Source: the human T2T-CHM13v2.0 reference genome, Homo sapiens. Taken from it: a stretch of 64,000 bases of DNA. The stretch's first letter is position 1. The number at the start of each line of letters is the position of its first letter. Below the pieces are notes generated by a model, which was given only the letters and a program-made list of their open reading frames with translations, did no database searches and was not told where the DNA came from. A program made the position numbers and the translations under genes. Of the stretch, positions 40,240 to 52,065 are shown one piece after another. The DNA is taken from NCBI RefSeq assembly GCF_009914755.1, contig NC_060925.1; one strand, written 5' to 3'.

Positions 40240-41030
40240 AGATTTAGGCTGAGGAGAGCTCAATGTCAGACAGAAATATATGCATGTGGGCTGTATCAGA
40301 AGAAGCGTGGTCCCCAGAATGAGGCTTCTGATGACCCCTTTCTATTCCTACTCCATAAATTAATTAGTTCTATGAACTTGAAGGGGGGTACCTAATCTAC
40401 CTGTGTCTCAGTTTCCTCATCTGTAAAATGAGCATAATGATGCATTTGTTCTAAGGATTAAATGAAACAATTAATGCAAAATGCCTAAAATAGTGCCAGG
40501 TTCAGAAGGCTCAGTAGATGTTAGCCATCATCATCACTATTACCATTATAATGATATCCTTCAGTCGTGGACACCCCGCCTCAAAGACAGACAATGACAA
40601 ACATCTGGAGCACGTTCAGAGGACAGCGGGAAGGACAGGGAGGGGAATGGATTTCAGATTACATATGAAAGGTTGGAAGGCTTTGGGGATGTTTGGCCTG
40701 GAGCAGTGGTGGGATTGAGTGGGGAGTGGCGAAGGGTGGGAACACATGATCTTCAAATGGCTGAAGGCTACCATGTGAAAGATGGGCTGGCCTTGAATAA
40801 TCCTTCAGAGGGCGAGGCAGAAGTTACATGCTGGCAGCTTCAGCCTGAAAACAAAGTGCTGTCTCACAGTCAGAGGTGGCATCAGCACAGCATGATGCCT
40901 TGGAAGGGAGGGAACAACCTGTGCCTAGAGGCAGGCAAGCAGAGGGGGCATGGCCTGGATCGGGCACTGGATTGAATGTTTCTCGTGATGCTGTGATAGG
41001 GCACCCAGCAGGGAAATGTGACTGGGGCAG
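40240..41030 (+). mobile_element. CR1/L3 LINE 3' remnant interrupted by a MIR (about 40350-40550)
   Basis: Residual peptide DNDKHLEHVQRTAGR...WKALGMFGLE resembles the CR1 ORF2 C-terminus (DIDKLERVQRRAT...LKELGLFSLE). Confidence 0.8.
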
Positions 41031-41278
41031 GGAAGGAGGCTCAGAGTGATGACGGGCTGGCAGATCTCTCAACAGGGCAATACTTGCTGTGGATCTTTGT
41101 TTTCTGTTTCTAGCTTGATGAAAAAATAGGCAGTTTTTATGCTGTTACAGAACAAATAGAACATTGACATGTATTTATATTTTACATGGCTGATTTTAGG
41201 TTCTGTTCTATTTTTGGATAGTTTGAAATGTTTCTTCCTCTAGATTTTGAGGTGGAAGAGGTAGGTAGACCAGTTATA

Positions 41279-41279
<1 letters not shown>

Positions 41280-41327
<48 letters not shown>
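41280..41327 (+). repeat. (TG)24 microsatellite
   Basis: Perfect run. Confidence 0.98.
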
Positions 41328-41330
<3 letters not shown>

Positions 41331-42064
41331 GTGCTGGAAATACCTTCCCTGGTGGTTTACCCTCTGCTATGGTTAATGAAGTTTTGTTGTGTAAATCTCT
41401 ACCTCCTTTTTATGTCTGGTGAACTTATATATTGTCCATCCATCAAAAACCCTCCTTCATCACTATGAGTCAGAAGGAAGTACTCTCTGCTTCAGGAGAC
41501 AGTGTATCAAGAGGTTAAAACTGGAGCAGCCTAGGGTCAGCAACTAGGGCAAGTTCCATGGTACTTATGTGCTTCAACCTCCCCCTCTACTTAAAGTAGG
41601 AGCATCATACTACCTCCATCATGGGGCTGCTGTGAGGACTAAATGAAACGATACCTATAATGTGCAGTGAGGAGACACTTACATACTAGCTCCTCTTGTA
41701 TCTCTCGGCCTCTACTGCATCACACCCATATTTCTAGTGGAAACACTGGGGTTCTTATTGGCAAGAACTGCCTCTGATTTCCTTCTGCTTCCCCAAGGCC
41801 CAGCACAGGGCCTGACACCCAGCAGGACCTCAACAAACCTTAGTTATACTGGATTTACTGCACTGGAGCATCCTTTGCTACATAAGGATTGCCAAGGCCA
41901 AGAGACATAATGATGGAGAGAGTCTGCAGATTGTACAGCATCCATTTCCACCATGGGGTCTGCAGTTCCGTGCTATAACGCAGAATCATTTCCGTACCAC
42001 CCATAGAGGTCCGTTCCTCCCCACCCCACCTCCACACTCCCAAGAAATACTGAGGTTTTCCAAA

Positions 42065-42330
42065 GATGAGAAATTTCACAGCATTCTGCTATCTTTTGGG
42101 TAACTGCGTATTTTATGATGACTAATAGGCAATTACTATGGTAATATTGCAATTCAGCATGTGTGAGGTTTGGGAAATGAGAAATTATGGGTAACTACTT
42201 TGGACTCATTTCTATGGTAACAAAAAGTAATTGTCATTAAATACCAGTTATTCTGAGGCTGTACCTGGTAATTATAGATTTTTATGCCCAGAAACATAAA
42301 TAAAACCAATAAATTTATTCAAAGGTCTAT
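42065..42330. mobile_element. MER121-like conserved ancient repeat
   Basis: tttggactcatttctatggtaacaaaaagtaat...taaataccagttattctg...ctggtaattatagattttt matches my recollection of the MER121 consensus. Confidence 0.7.
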
Positions 42331-42809
42331 GACTGTTTACTTATACGTGGCTCTATGGAATACACAATGACAAGCACCTAATTAAGAAATGCAAACCCAA
42401 CACAGGGTTTCATATTGTCGTACGGAGATGGAAAGTCTGTTTTTCAAATGCAGGCAACTTCTGCATTACCTATGCTCAGAAAGCGCCGTGGGGTATAGGT
42501 GGGCGTGGGGGCTTTCTTCTCTGCAAAAGAAGTGACGAGGAAGGAGCTGGCAGAGAGAGTGTGCAAGTGCTGCAGTGTGTGTTGTGGGCATGCTTTCTGT
42601 AAGACATTGAGAATTACCAACCGATTCTACACTGGTTCAGCCCATCATCCCCCAACTCCAGTTGCCTTCCAACTAGGAGTTGCTTGCAGCTTCTTGGCTC
42701 TGTAATACCTGAAGTTACAATGTTCATCCCTCAAGACTCCTAGGTCCCAGATCCTTCCAGAACTCTCTGAAAATATTCCCATTGTATTGTCAGTAGCCAT
42801 ACCATTGTT

Positions 42810-43147
42810 TTTTGTAACACGGTGGTAAATACACATAACATAAAACTTACCATCATAACCATTTTTAAGTGTAGGGTTTGATGGCATTAAACACATTCAT
42901 AATGTGCTACCAACAACACCATCCATCTCCAAAATTCTTTTTAACTTGTAAAATTGAAGCCCTATGCCCATTAAGTAGTAACTCCCCATTTTCTCCATCC
43001 TCCCAGCCCCTGGTAACCACCGTTCTGCTTTCTGTCTGTATGAATTTGATCACTTGAAGAACGTCATGTAAGTGGAATCATACAGTCTTTGTCTTTTGAT
43101 GAGTGGCTTATTACATTAGCATAATGTCCTCAAGTTTCATTCATGCT
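42810..43147 (-). mobile_element. 5'-truncated L1MB 3' end
   Basis: cccagcccctggtaaccacc...aagtggaatcatacagt. TSD gtagccataccattgtt (42793-42809) / gtagccatcccattctt (43148-43164). Confidence 0.9.
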
Positions 43148-43769
43148 GTAGCCATCCCATTCTTGATAGAGCCTCTCCCCCGCGCTTCTACTAAATGATG
43201 GAAGGTGCCTTTCATCCCACTTCCCTCTTCCAAGAGAGTAGGAGGGAAATAGGCCAGGCGAGAGAAGTGTCTTGTCCAAGGACAAATAAGAATGCTCAGG
43301 AGAGTAGTGAAAATTAGACCCTCAGTTCTCCACTTCTGCCTATAGCTTATAGAGCAAAGGCAATGTGCGGGAGTGTGGCGAGTCCCTGGATGTACCCTAT
43401 GGCCTTGAACATGGCTCTTCACCTTCTCAGCCTCAGTTTCCCCATGGCTGAAATGGATACAGTAAAAACTGGCTTTCCTTTCTTGGTCACTGTTGTATGA
43501 CCAAATGTGGTTTTGTAAGTGCCTTTAAAAGTACCATGCTCCGTGCAATAACTAAGTATGGCTGAGAATCCAGTTTGTTAAATTATAACAGCAGCTCATC
43601 AGGTTAAAGCATAGCAGTGTTCCTGTCACAACAACATACAGCTAAAACAACTGGGCCAGGAGGCCATGCAGATGAAGGTAAAGGGCTGGGGGCTGACTGC
43701 ATCTGGCCCTAGTTACTCTACACTGGGCACTGTAGCTTTGTGCCATCGTACAATCACTAAACACTGTTG

Positions 43770-44125
43770 TTTAGTTCATTTGTTCATTCTGGAAACATGT
43801 ATGTGAACTTCAGGTCAGTGACTAGAAAGATAAAATATATATCAAGAGCCCATTTGCCAGGTACTGGGGATACAGAGAACAAGGTAAACAAAGTCCTGAC
43901 TTCACGGAGTTTATAGTCTAAAGTGAAGACAATCATTAAACAAATAGTCACATAAATAAACACATAATTACAAATTAGGGCAAGAGCCATAAAGGGAGAG
44001 TACAGGGTGCTATAAAAGAGTGTAATGGGAGACCCACTATATATTGCGATCCCTGGGAAAGCCTTTCTGTGAAGTGGCATTAAACCTAAGACCTGAAATG
44101 AAGAGAAGGCAAATGTAACTGAGGT
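43770..44125 (-). mobile_element. LINE L2a 3' region
   Basis: tgccaggtactggggatacagagaacaag...aaagtcctgacttcacggagtttatagtcta. Confidence 0.8.
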
Positions 44126-44574
44126 GCAGTAAGTAAGACAGAGTGTATAGTTGCTCTGTGCTTTTACTGTATAAGGTAACTGTTATCTATTGTTATATCA
44201 TCCAACATAATTGTTAAAGATAGCTACTATAGCGTATACTATAGTTACTATATATTGCTGCTATAAACTTTAGTATAGGCTCTATATACTCTTACTGTAA
44301 ACCATAGTCTGGTATCATATACAGTAGTCTAGTTAGAAAATGTTGCTGTTCTTTAACATAAAGAGCTTGATCTATCATGGTATAGTGGCCATCTATTGCT
44401 ATTAAATTTTAGAGTGTACTTTCTTCAGTTCACTATAAATACCACAGAATAGGTACTTGTATTATTAAATCTAAACTTAGCTGATGAAATCTGGGAAATC
44501 TCCCTGACCAGCCTTCCTAGATTGGATTATATGCTTCTTTAATGTGGAGGAGTGAGGAGGAGGAAGAGAAGGAG

Positions 44575-44795
44575 GAATAAATGTTTATTTATAACTTACA
44601 GTGTGCTTAGCACTGTGCTTTAAATGCATTATCTCACTAAAAGCCTCATAACTCTATAGTATCTCCATTGACAGATGAGAAAAATGAAGCTTAATGAGGC
44701 AATGTAATTTACCCAAGGTCATATAGCAAGTAGGCGGTAGAGCAGAATTGAAATCTGACCTGACACCCAAGTCCATTTTCTCAACCACTGACCTT
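44575..44795 (-). mobile_element. MIR SINE
   Basis: ctccattgacagatgagaaaaatgaagct...tacccaaggtcatatagc. Confidence 0.85.
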
Positions 44796-45216
44796 TACTC
44801 CTTCCAAGCTCCTGCCTTCCCTTCTCACACTGCAGGGAACTGGCCTGTTGAACCATCTCTCCAGCCAGCAGAGTGAGGTGCCTCAGGGCAGGCCTGTCTT
44901 TGGTTCTCCTCCCAGGGTCTGGCAGGCTTGGTGCTGGCTATCAGGGGAGTGTGGGACTGCAGAGAGGAGCAGGGCTAGGTCAGGCACACCTGCATCCCTG
45001 CCCGCTCCTCACAGGCCACAGACCTCACGGGGATGACTTAACTTCTCTGAGGCTTGAGAGTCTGCACGTCCAGAGGGAGATGTTGAGAGAATGAAAGCTA
45101 AAGAGCATGAGAGAGAGGCAAAGACCTGGCCACCCGTCTTCCAACATGTTTCCAGCAATTTGATCAGTTCCTGGGAAGTCTGGCTCTCTTTACTGCACTA
45201 GAATTCTGAGAACCAA

Positions 45217-45305
45217 CCTTCCTTCCTTCCTTCCTTCCTTCCTTCCTTCTTTACTTCCTTCCTCCCTATCTCCCTCCTTGCCTCCTTCCCTCTCTCCCTC
45301 CCCCA
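45217..45305 (+). repeat. (CCTT)n and pyrimidine tract
   Basis: Directly visible. Confidence 0.9.
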
Positions 45306-45479
45306 CCGCCACCTTTTCTCCTGTACTCAAGCTAGATTTAGTAGATTTTTATTATTTGAATTTAGAAAAACTTTAACAAAGTTAAACAAAGTTCCTCCAT
45401 CACAGAATTATGAGGATTAAATGAGATCAGTGTGTGAGTGCTTCACAGGCCATTAGATTGGCAAGTAGAATTCTTGGAA

Positions 45480-45752
45480 TGGCATTTCCCAAAATGTGTT
45501 TCAGAAACCCTAACACTGGTTACAGGGAGGATGTGGACCCCCTCTCACTTAACTTTGGGAAACACTGAGTACTATTTCCCCTCTTAGATTCCCTATGTTT
45601 ATAAGCATATTCAAAATTTTGAAAAGTCGTATGAATAAAAGAACATGTTTAACTTTGCTTAACTCTGTGTTTCCTAAACTTATTTGAACTCTGAATATTT
45701 CCCCCCATAATGCCTTGGCAAGTCTCACCAAACCATGGAAGTACTGCTGTAG
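45480..45752. mobile_element. MER112-like hAT-Charlie MITE
   Basis: catttcccaaaatgtgtttc...tgtttaactttgcttaactctgtgtttcctaaacttatttga. Confidence 0.55.
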
Positions 45753-46824
45753 AGAGTAGTGTGGCTGGCCTAGGGGACCTCTAAGGCACCTTGAAGTTCT
45801 CAATTCTGAGTCTTTATTATTTTTTTATATATTCTCTAAAGCTTTAAGTAGAGAATTCTCATGATTGATAGGCTCTTTGTTGTACAGTTTTAGCAATAGC
45901 ATTAATGCTTCTGGTTAGAGTTGCTCTCCAAGTCTCATAATGAGAATCACATATTCTCACTAGGAGAATGTTGGGGGTTGAAGCTTCAGCGTGAAACCAC
46001 TTCTGAGGGTTGGAAATCTTTTATCACGGAGTCCTCAAATCACAAAATCTCTGGGGCTTGAAGACATGTAGAAAGCATGTAGCCCTCATCACCATCCCAG
46101 TGTCCATCTAAAGCCCTGAGAGGGGAGGCATTTTGGCCAAGGTCACTGACCTCCTTCAAGCTAGTCCTTCCCGAGACAGCAGATGATGACATAAATAAAT
46201 GTGTGGAGAGAAGTATTGACCTCTCTCTCTGACCGCTGCTCTTGTAATTAAACAGAAACATTAGCATAAATCAAATGGTCTTTCTACCACTATTATCGCT
46301 AACAGTACACTCTGTCCATGGAAGGTGGAAAAGCATCGCTCTCAGGCCTGCAACAAGCCATAAAACTTGCGAATGCTAATGAACCATCACTTCAGCCAAT
46401 TAAGAGTGGAAGCAAAACTGTCTTTAATGAAGGCTTCAGGCATCTCATGGGCTCTCTCTAACTCACACCCAAGGGTACCAGGAAGCCCCTCTGGACTCAG
46501 TTGCCATGCTCTTGGAAAGCAGTAAACCAACTCTGTGTAAAACAAGCCTGGCTGGCTGTCAGGAGATCTGGTTCCAGTCTGAGTTAGGCCACGGACTTTG
46601 AGTAAGTACTATTTCATCTCTGGGACTCAGTTTCTTCATTAGTAAAGTCATCCTTCTCATCTCTCATATTCATCAAACACTTTTTAGGCATCTACCATGT
46701 GCTGATCCCTGCTGCTAGGCATGAGGGACACAAAGGCCATTAAGGTTCAGTCTCTGCCCTCCAGTAGCTTTAAGTACAGTGGAGGACATGCAATGGAATA
46801 AGAGTTGTTCGATAACCAGGCCTG

Positions 46825-47023
<199 letters not shown>

Positions 47024-48104
47024 TCAGAGAAGAGAGTGGCCAATTCTGTTTAGGGTTTAAGGGGATGTTTTCCAGAATAAGGAACATGAACTGAGTTGCA
47101 AAGAATTAATGGGATGAAGAAGGGATGAGGGATTTCTGGGCAGCAGGCAGCCTGTATCTTCATACATAAGGTAGCAGGAACCAATAGGACATGTCTGGGG
47201 AACTGGGCTTTCCTCAACGCAGCTGCAGCACCTGTTCTAGGAGGAGAGGAGGAGGTGAGGCAGGATGGTGGACACACAGGCAGCAGGGCAGACAATGCCT
47301 TGCATGCAAAGCTGGGGGGTCTGAATGTCATCTTGAAAGTCGTGGGCCGAACGAGCTCTAAAACTGTATAATTTGGATGGCGAAGTTAGTCAATGATTTA
47401 CTGGCTGTGTGACTTTGGGCAAGTCAGCTTAATGTGAAATAAGGGCAATAACACTATCTATCTCAAATGAGTCGGTGTTTTTTTGGCAGATAATCTTCTG
47501 GGCAGTGGAATTTTAGGCTGTAAATTATGGTGCTAAGCCAGGAGAAAAGGAGTTCAAGATTTGAGTGCGTGAGTGTGGGGCTGGCTGGTGTGCCCACACT
47601 GAAGAGAAATGTTTTTCAGATGACCTGGGATTCTATTCTCATTGATATTCTCCAAGAGGAAACACAACAAAACAGTCATCATTATAACTACCCCACGATA
47701 TTCTGCAAAACACATTCCTTCCCACCATTTCTTTTGAAGCTCTCACAACTGCCCTTTCAGGTAAGTAATTATTGTCTCCATTATGCAAGAGAAACTGAGC
47801 CCAGAGAGGGAAAAGTGGACTCCCCAAGGTTACATGGAAAGTAGGTGCCAAAACTGAGACTAGGTCTCCTGATTCCTGGTCCAGTGAGCTGTCTAGAAAA
47901 ACCCAGCAAGTGACCTTAGGTGGCTGTGCATGAAAAAGCCAAAGCTAATTAAAGAAATTCTCAAGAGCCAGGGTGAAACTTTCTCTAATGAACTCATGGG
48001 CAGCCTCAAAATTCTTCCTCAAAAAATATATCCCGTATTTTTTCTTGCTTCCATACTACCATCCTATAAGTACTTGCTTCCAAGCATTCTCCCCAATTCC
48101 TTAC

Positions 48105-48219
48105 CTGTAATTGCCCAGGTAGACTCCATCAGGATTGAGCATTGGTGCGATCTTGAAGACCAGGTATTCCCGGAGGACACAGGCAATAGGGTGCTGGCTT
48201 ACAAGGAAGTCAATGATCC
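48105..48219 (-). CDS. AGBL4: AGBL4/CCP6 internal coding exon (probably exon 8), 115 nt, phase 1-2
   Basis: ctcttctctttccctag|GGATCATT...AATTACAG|gtaagg. Translates to (G)IIDFLVSQHPIACVLREYLVFKIAPMLNPDGVYLGNY(R), with the M14 signature PMLNPDG..GNYR. In frame with both neighbouring exons. Confidence 0.98.
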
Positions 48220-49238
48220 CTAGGGAAAGAGAAGAGCCCGGTTTAACAACAAAGCATTTCAAGAAGAAGGAAACACATTTTTCTCAGCTTGGAAAACAAG
48301 AAGAGCTCAATAGGTGATTTTGGCCTGTGTTGTTATTGGCCACTGTGGGTGTGTGGTTATAGACTACGCGTTATCTGTATAAACTGTATTTACAAATACA
48401 TTTGTATTTCCAAGAGACAGTTGAAGACGTAACATTGAAGCCCATGGGCAGGAGGGAGAGAGCATTTCCTGCGGTAGAGAACTGGGAGGGCTTCCGAGAA
48501 TGATGATATTTGAGCTGTGCTTTCAGAGCCCACCTAGTTTCATCACAAAGAGATGGGGAGAGGTGGGCTAGCACTAAACAGTAAACTAAGAGATGCTTTC
48601 TAATAGGCACACTTAGTTAAACATTGACATCAGATGTGATAATCACAGGGTCAAGGCCTTAGGGATTTAAATGCTCATGTTGCTGATAGGCACACCAAGA
48701 AGCAGAGAGGAAAAGCATTTTAGCCAAAGTCACATGAGCAGAAGGAGGTTTCTTTCATGTACTCCAAATGTGCTTCTTTCCCCATTTTGAGGATCCTCTG
48801 TTCCAGGACTCCAGGGATGATTGCCTTCCCGGCTTCTCACTGGCACTAAAATCACCCTGCCTTCCGGTCACCAAATTTAGAAAATTTGTCTCCATGACAT
48901 TTTTCCTACTGCCAGGCAGTCCCCATGTCCCTTTCTTGAATGGAGCAAATCTTCCCCTCTTCTCCATCCCACTGCCTGTCTTCTAACCCAGGCTACCATC
49001 ACACCAGGCCTGGATAACAGCCACCACCTATGAAATGAGCCCTCATCGCTGAAGCCAGAAGGATCTTCTGGAAGTGTGAATCTGATCCTGTCACTCCCTC
49101 TTTGATATCTTTCTGGTGACAGCCTGCATCTACCCATAGAAGAGGGGGTGAGAAAACAAACAACTCTGAGCCATTGTCCCTCTCCTTATCTCCCCCATAT
49201 TTCTACTCTTTCATCAGAGACCTGAAAAAGAAAATGGG

Positions 49239-49295
49239 CAAAATGGTGCTCTAGCATTCCATGAAATTACTATAATGCCAGAAAGTGATAGGAGA
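49239..49295. mobile_element. MER135-like palindromic element, one arm only
   Basis: caaaatggtgctctagcattccatgaaattactataatgcc resembles the recalled MER135 arm. Confidence 0.5.
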
Positions 49296-51402
49296 ATGCA
49301 AAACCCTCCCACAATGCAGAAGTGGGGCCCCGTTCCTGCTGGAGAGAGCAAGAAAGGCGTCAAAAGGAAGCCTTTGAGCTGAGCCCTGTCAGAAAGGTAG
49401 GTTTGATAGATGGCAGGAGGAAGGCAGCAGGGTGACTAAGAACAAGTGCCCAGTGCAGGCACTCAGCTCTTGGAATGATAACTCGCTCCAGAGCACATTC
49501 CAGAGCTGCTGTGACCAGTGAGGGACATCTCAGACTTTTCATTAGGCCAGGGCTGAGAATCCATAGGCAGCTGAAAGCCAGTTGGACATCATTTACTTCT
49601 CGGCTAACGCGGCAGTAGACCAGATGCCCTAATTTATTTGTTGGTCCTCATATTAAAGCTGCAGTTTGCCAGTAAACAGGCAGGGTAATGATGCCAGGCG
49701 CCCTTGTTAGGGGCTAATAATTGCTTAATCTGTCCAGTAATTGACCCCAGCTCCCGGGGCGGCCCTCCATCAAGGAGCCAGCCTGTGCTCAGGGCCTGGC
49801 CACACCGCCTCAGAGAATGGCTTCTGGAAATGGAGTAGCTCATTGTGATCCATCCTCCTTCACAGATGAGCAGATTAATTGGGCTGCCAATTAGGCAGCT
49901 AATAAAAGAATGAGAGAAAACAAAGGCAGACCAGAGGCTGCAGCTGCCCAGAGCTCCCTCTCCTAGGGTGGGTGTGGGGCAAGGAGAGGGGAGGTTTTAA
50001 GACTCATCTGTTGGTTTGAGGTCAGATACAATATAAAATCATTCCCATTCATCAGGAAATAGGGAGATCTTTCTTTTCTTTTCTTTTCTTTTTTTCTTTT
50101 TTCTTTGTGGTGAGAGAGGAGTATGGGGAAGACTGAGAGGGCATGTAAGAGTGGAGAGATGATGCCATCCTGGCCAAAGACCAAAAGCACTGGATGGACC
50201 AAGAAAAAAGAGGGACCAGGGGAGCAGAAAGTCTCAGGACCTGAGTTTGAATCTTAACTGAGTGTTAGCTACAGAAGTTACTGACTAGCTTTCCCTGACT
50301 AGTTTTCTCATCTTGATATAGGGATAATAATACCTAATCTGGAAGACTGTTGTGTACCTGTATCAGAGATCCTGTGTTAGCTGCCTGACACAGCACCTGA
50401 AAGTTGTGGCATGCTTCAATAAACTCACTTAGATCAAAGGTTGAAAGGCAGTGGGTAGTTAAAAACAGGATTAGTTTTAGAAGTAGGTGTCCTAGTCTGT
50501 GAAGTTGACTAACAATGAAATTTGGAGACAAGGATACCGAATGGTGGAAGCCAACAAATCAAAACAGAACTTGGGTTCTAGTTTTGGCTTAGTTACGGGG
50601 TGACCTGTAGAAAGCCTCTGGGTCTATGCTTATCTTTAAAATTAGGAGAAAGAATTAAATAATTCTCAAGGATACTTCCTACACTGACATTGTATGATTC
50701 CATCTATTTTATTCCTCTCCGCCAAAAGTAGAAGAATCATCTGTCAAGTGAGGAGAATAATCTCCCTCCTGCTGGAAGACACCATCAACCTCCTTGAGAT
50801 CAGCCTTGTTCCTTCTGTAACCAAGTTTGCCAGGTCCTCTTCTTCAAGCTGATTTAACCAGGAAGCTGGAAAAAAGCAGGATGACAGGAAGGCTGGAAGC
50901 TGGAGAGGCCAGAAGAGAAGGAAAAGTGGTAGAGGATTTGAAATTAAAGCTGGAAGTTAGAGATCACTGCCCTGTCCCAGCTTCCAACAGACCAGGATGA
51001 ACCTCTCTAGCCAAACCTCAACTGAGACATATTTATTGCTGATTTTTTTCTCCTACAGTGTTTGGTTTAGGGCTGGGCACATAGTAGGTGCTTATAAACG
51101 CCTATTGATGGATTGCTCCAGGAATTCATACAACTTTGACTGTGTGGGATTAGTTGAACTGATCATTGCTCATTCTACAAACATTCATTGGCACACCAAA
51201 TTCTGGGCATTTCAAAATGCCTAAGATGGTCCTGCCTCAGAGGGGTGCACAGTAAGGAAGCAAGTCCCCACTGGTTGGCAAAGGCTCTGATGGGAACAGC
51301 ACATAGCTGTGGGGACTCAGCAGGGGCCTGGGGCCCCAGAAGAGATATTGGAAAGGGGACTTAAAAAATGAGTAGAGTGGAGCCAGATGAAAGGGGTGCC
51401 AG

Positions 51403-51757
51403 GATGCAGCCATAAAAAGAATAAAATCACGTCCTTTTCAGCGACATGGATGCAGCTGGAGGCCATTATCCTAAGTGAATTAACACAGAAACAGAAAACC
51501 AAATACTGCATGTTCTCACTTATAAGTGGGAGCTACACTTGGGGTGCACACAGACACCAAGAGAACCATAAACCCGGGATTCATAAAGAGGGGCAGGAGG
51601 GAAGAGGCAAGGGCTGAAAAGCTACCTATCGGGTACTATGTTCACTACTTGGGTGATGGGATCATTAGAAATCCAAACTTCAGCAACACACTATTTACCC
51701 ATGTAACAAGCCTGCCCATGTATTCCCTGAATCTAAAATTTAAAATTAAAATAAAAA
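51403..51757 (+). mobile_element. 5'-truncated L1 (L1PA16/L1PB-like) 3' end
   Basis: Encodes the ORF2p C-terminus SFSATWMQLEAIILSELTQKQKTKYCMFSLISGS. TSD gaaaggggtgccag (51389-51402) / gaaaggagtgccag (51758-51771). Confidence 0.95.
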
Positions 51758-51844
51758 GAAAGGAGTGCCAGCGGAAGGTATCCAGGCTGGGGTAGGAAGA
51801 GATGGTCTGTTGGTAACGGAAAGCCTTTCAATTCCAGGGCCTTG

Positions 51845-52065
51845 GCTTCATGGTTAAAAGCGCAGACCCTGAAACTGGACAATCTGGGTTTGATGCCTCT
51901 CTCTGCCATTCATTTGCTGTGTGGCCTTAACCTCCCAGTTCCCCAGGTTCCTCATCAATTACAAAGGGGAGAATAAGAATTACTTGTGGGTTCTTGTGAG
52001 GATTTAAGTGAGTTGATATAAGCAAAGTGGTACACAGTAAGAATATACAAGTATTGTTTTCATCA
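51845..52065 (+). mobile_element. MIR SINE
   Basis: tggttaaaagcgcagaccctg...ctgggtttga...ttgtgaggatttaagtgagtt. Confidence 0.8.

Noticed and set aside
47751-47766. Recursive-splice-like tttcag|gtaagt
   Set aside because: It lies on the strand antisense to AGBL4 and inside a MIR.
47930-48223. 97-aa + strand ORF
   Set aside because: Antisense shadow of the AGBL4 exon at 48105-48219.
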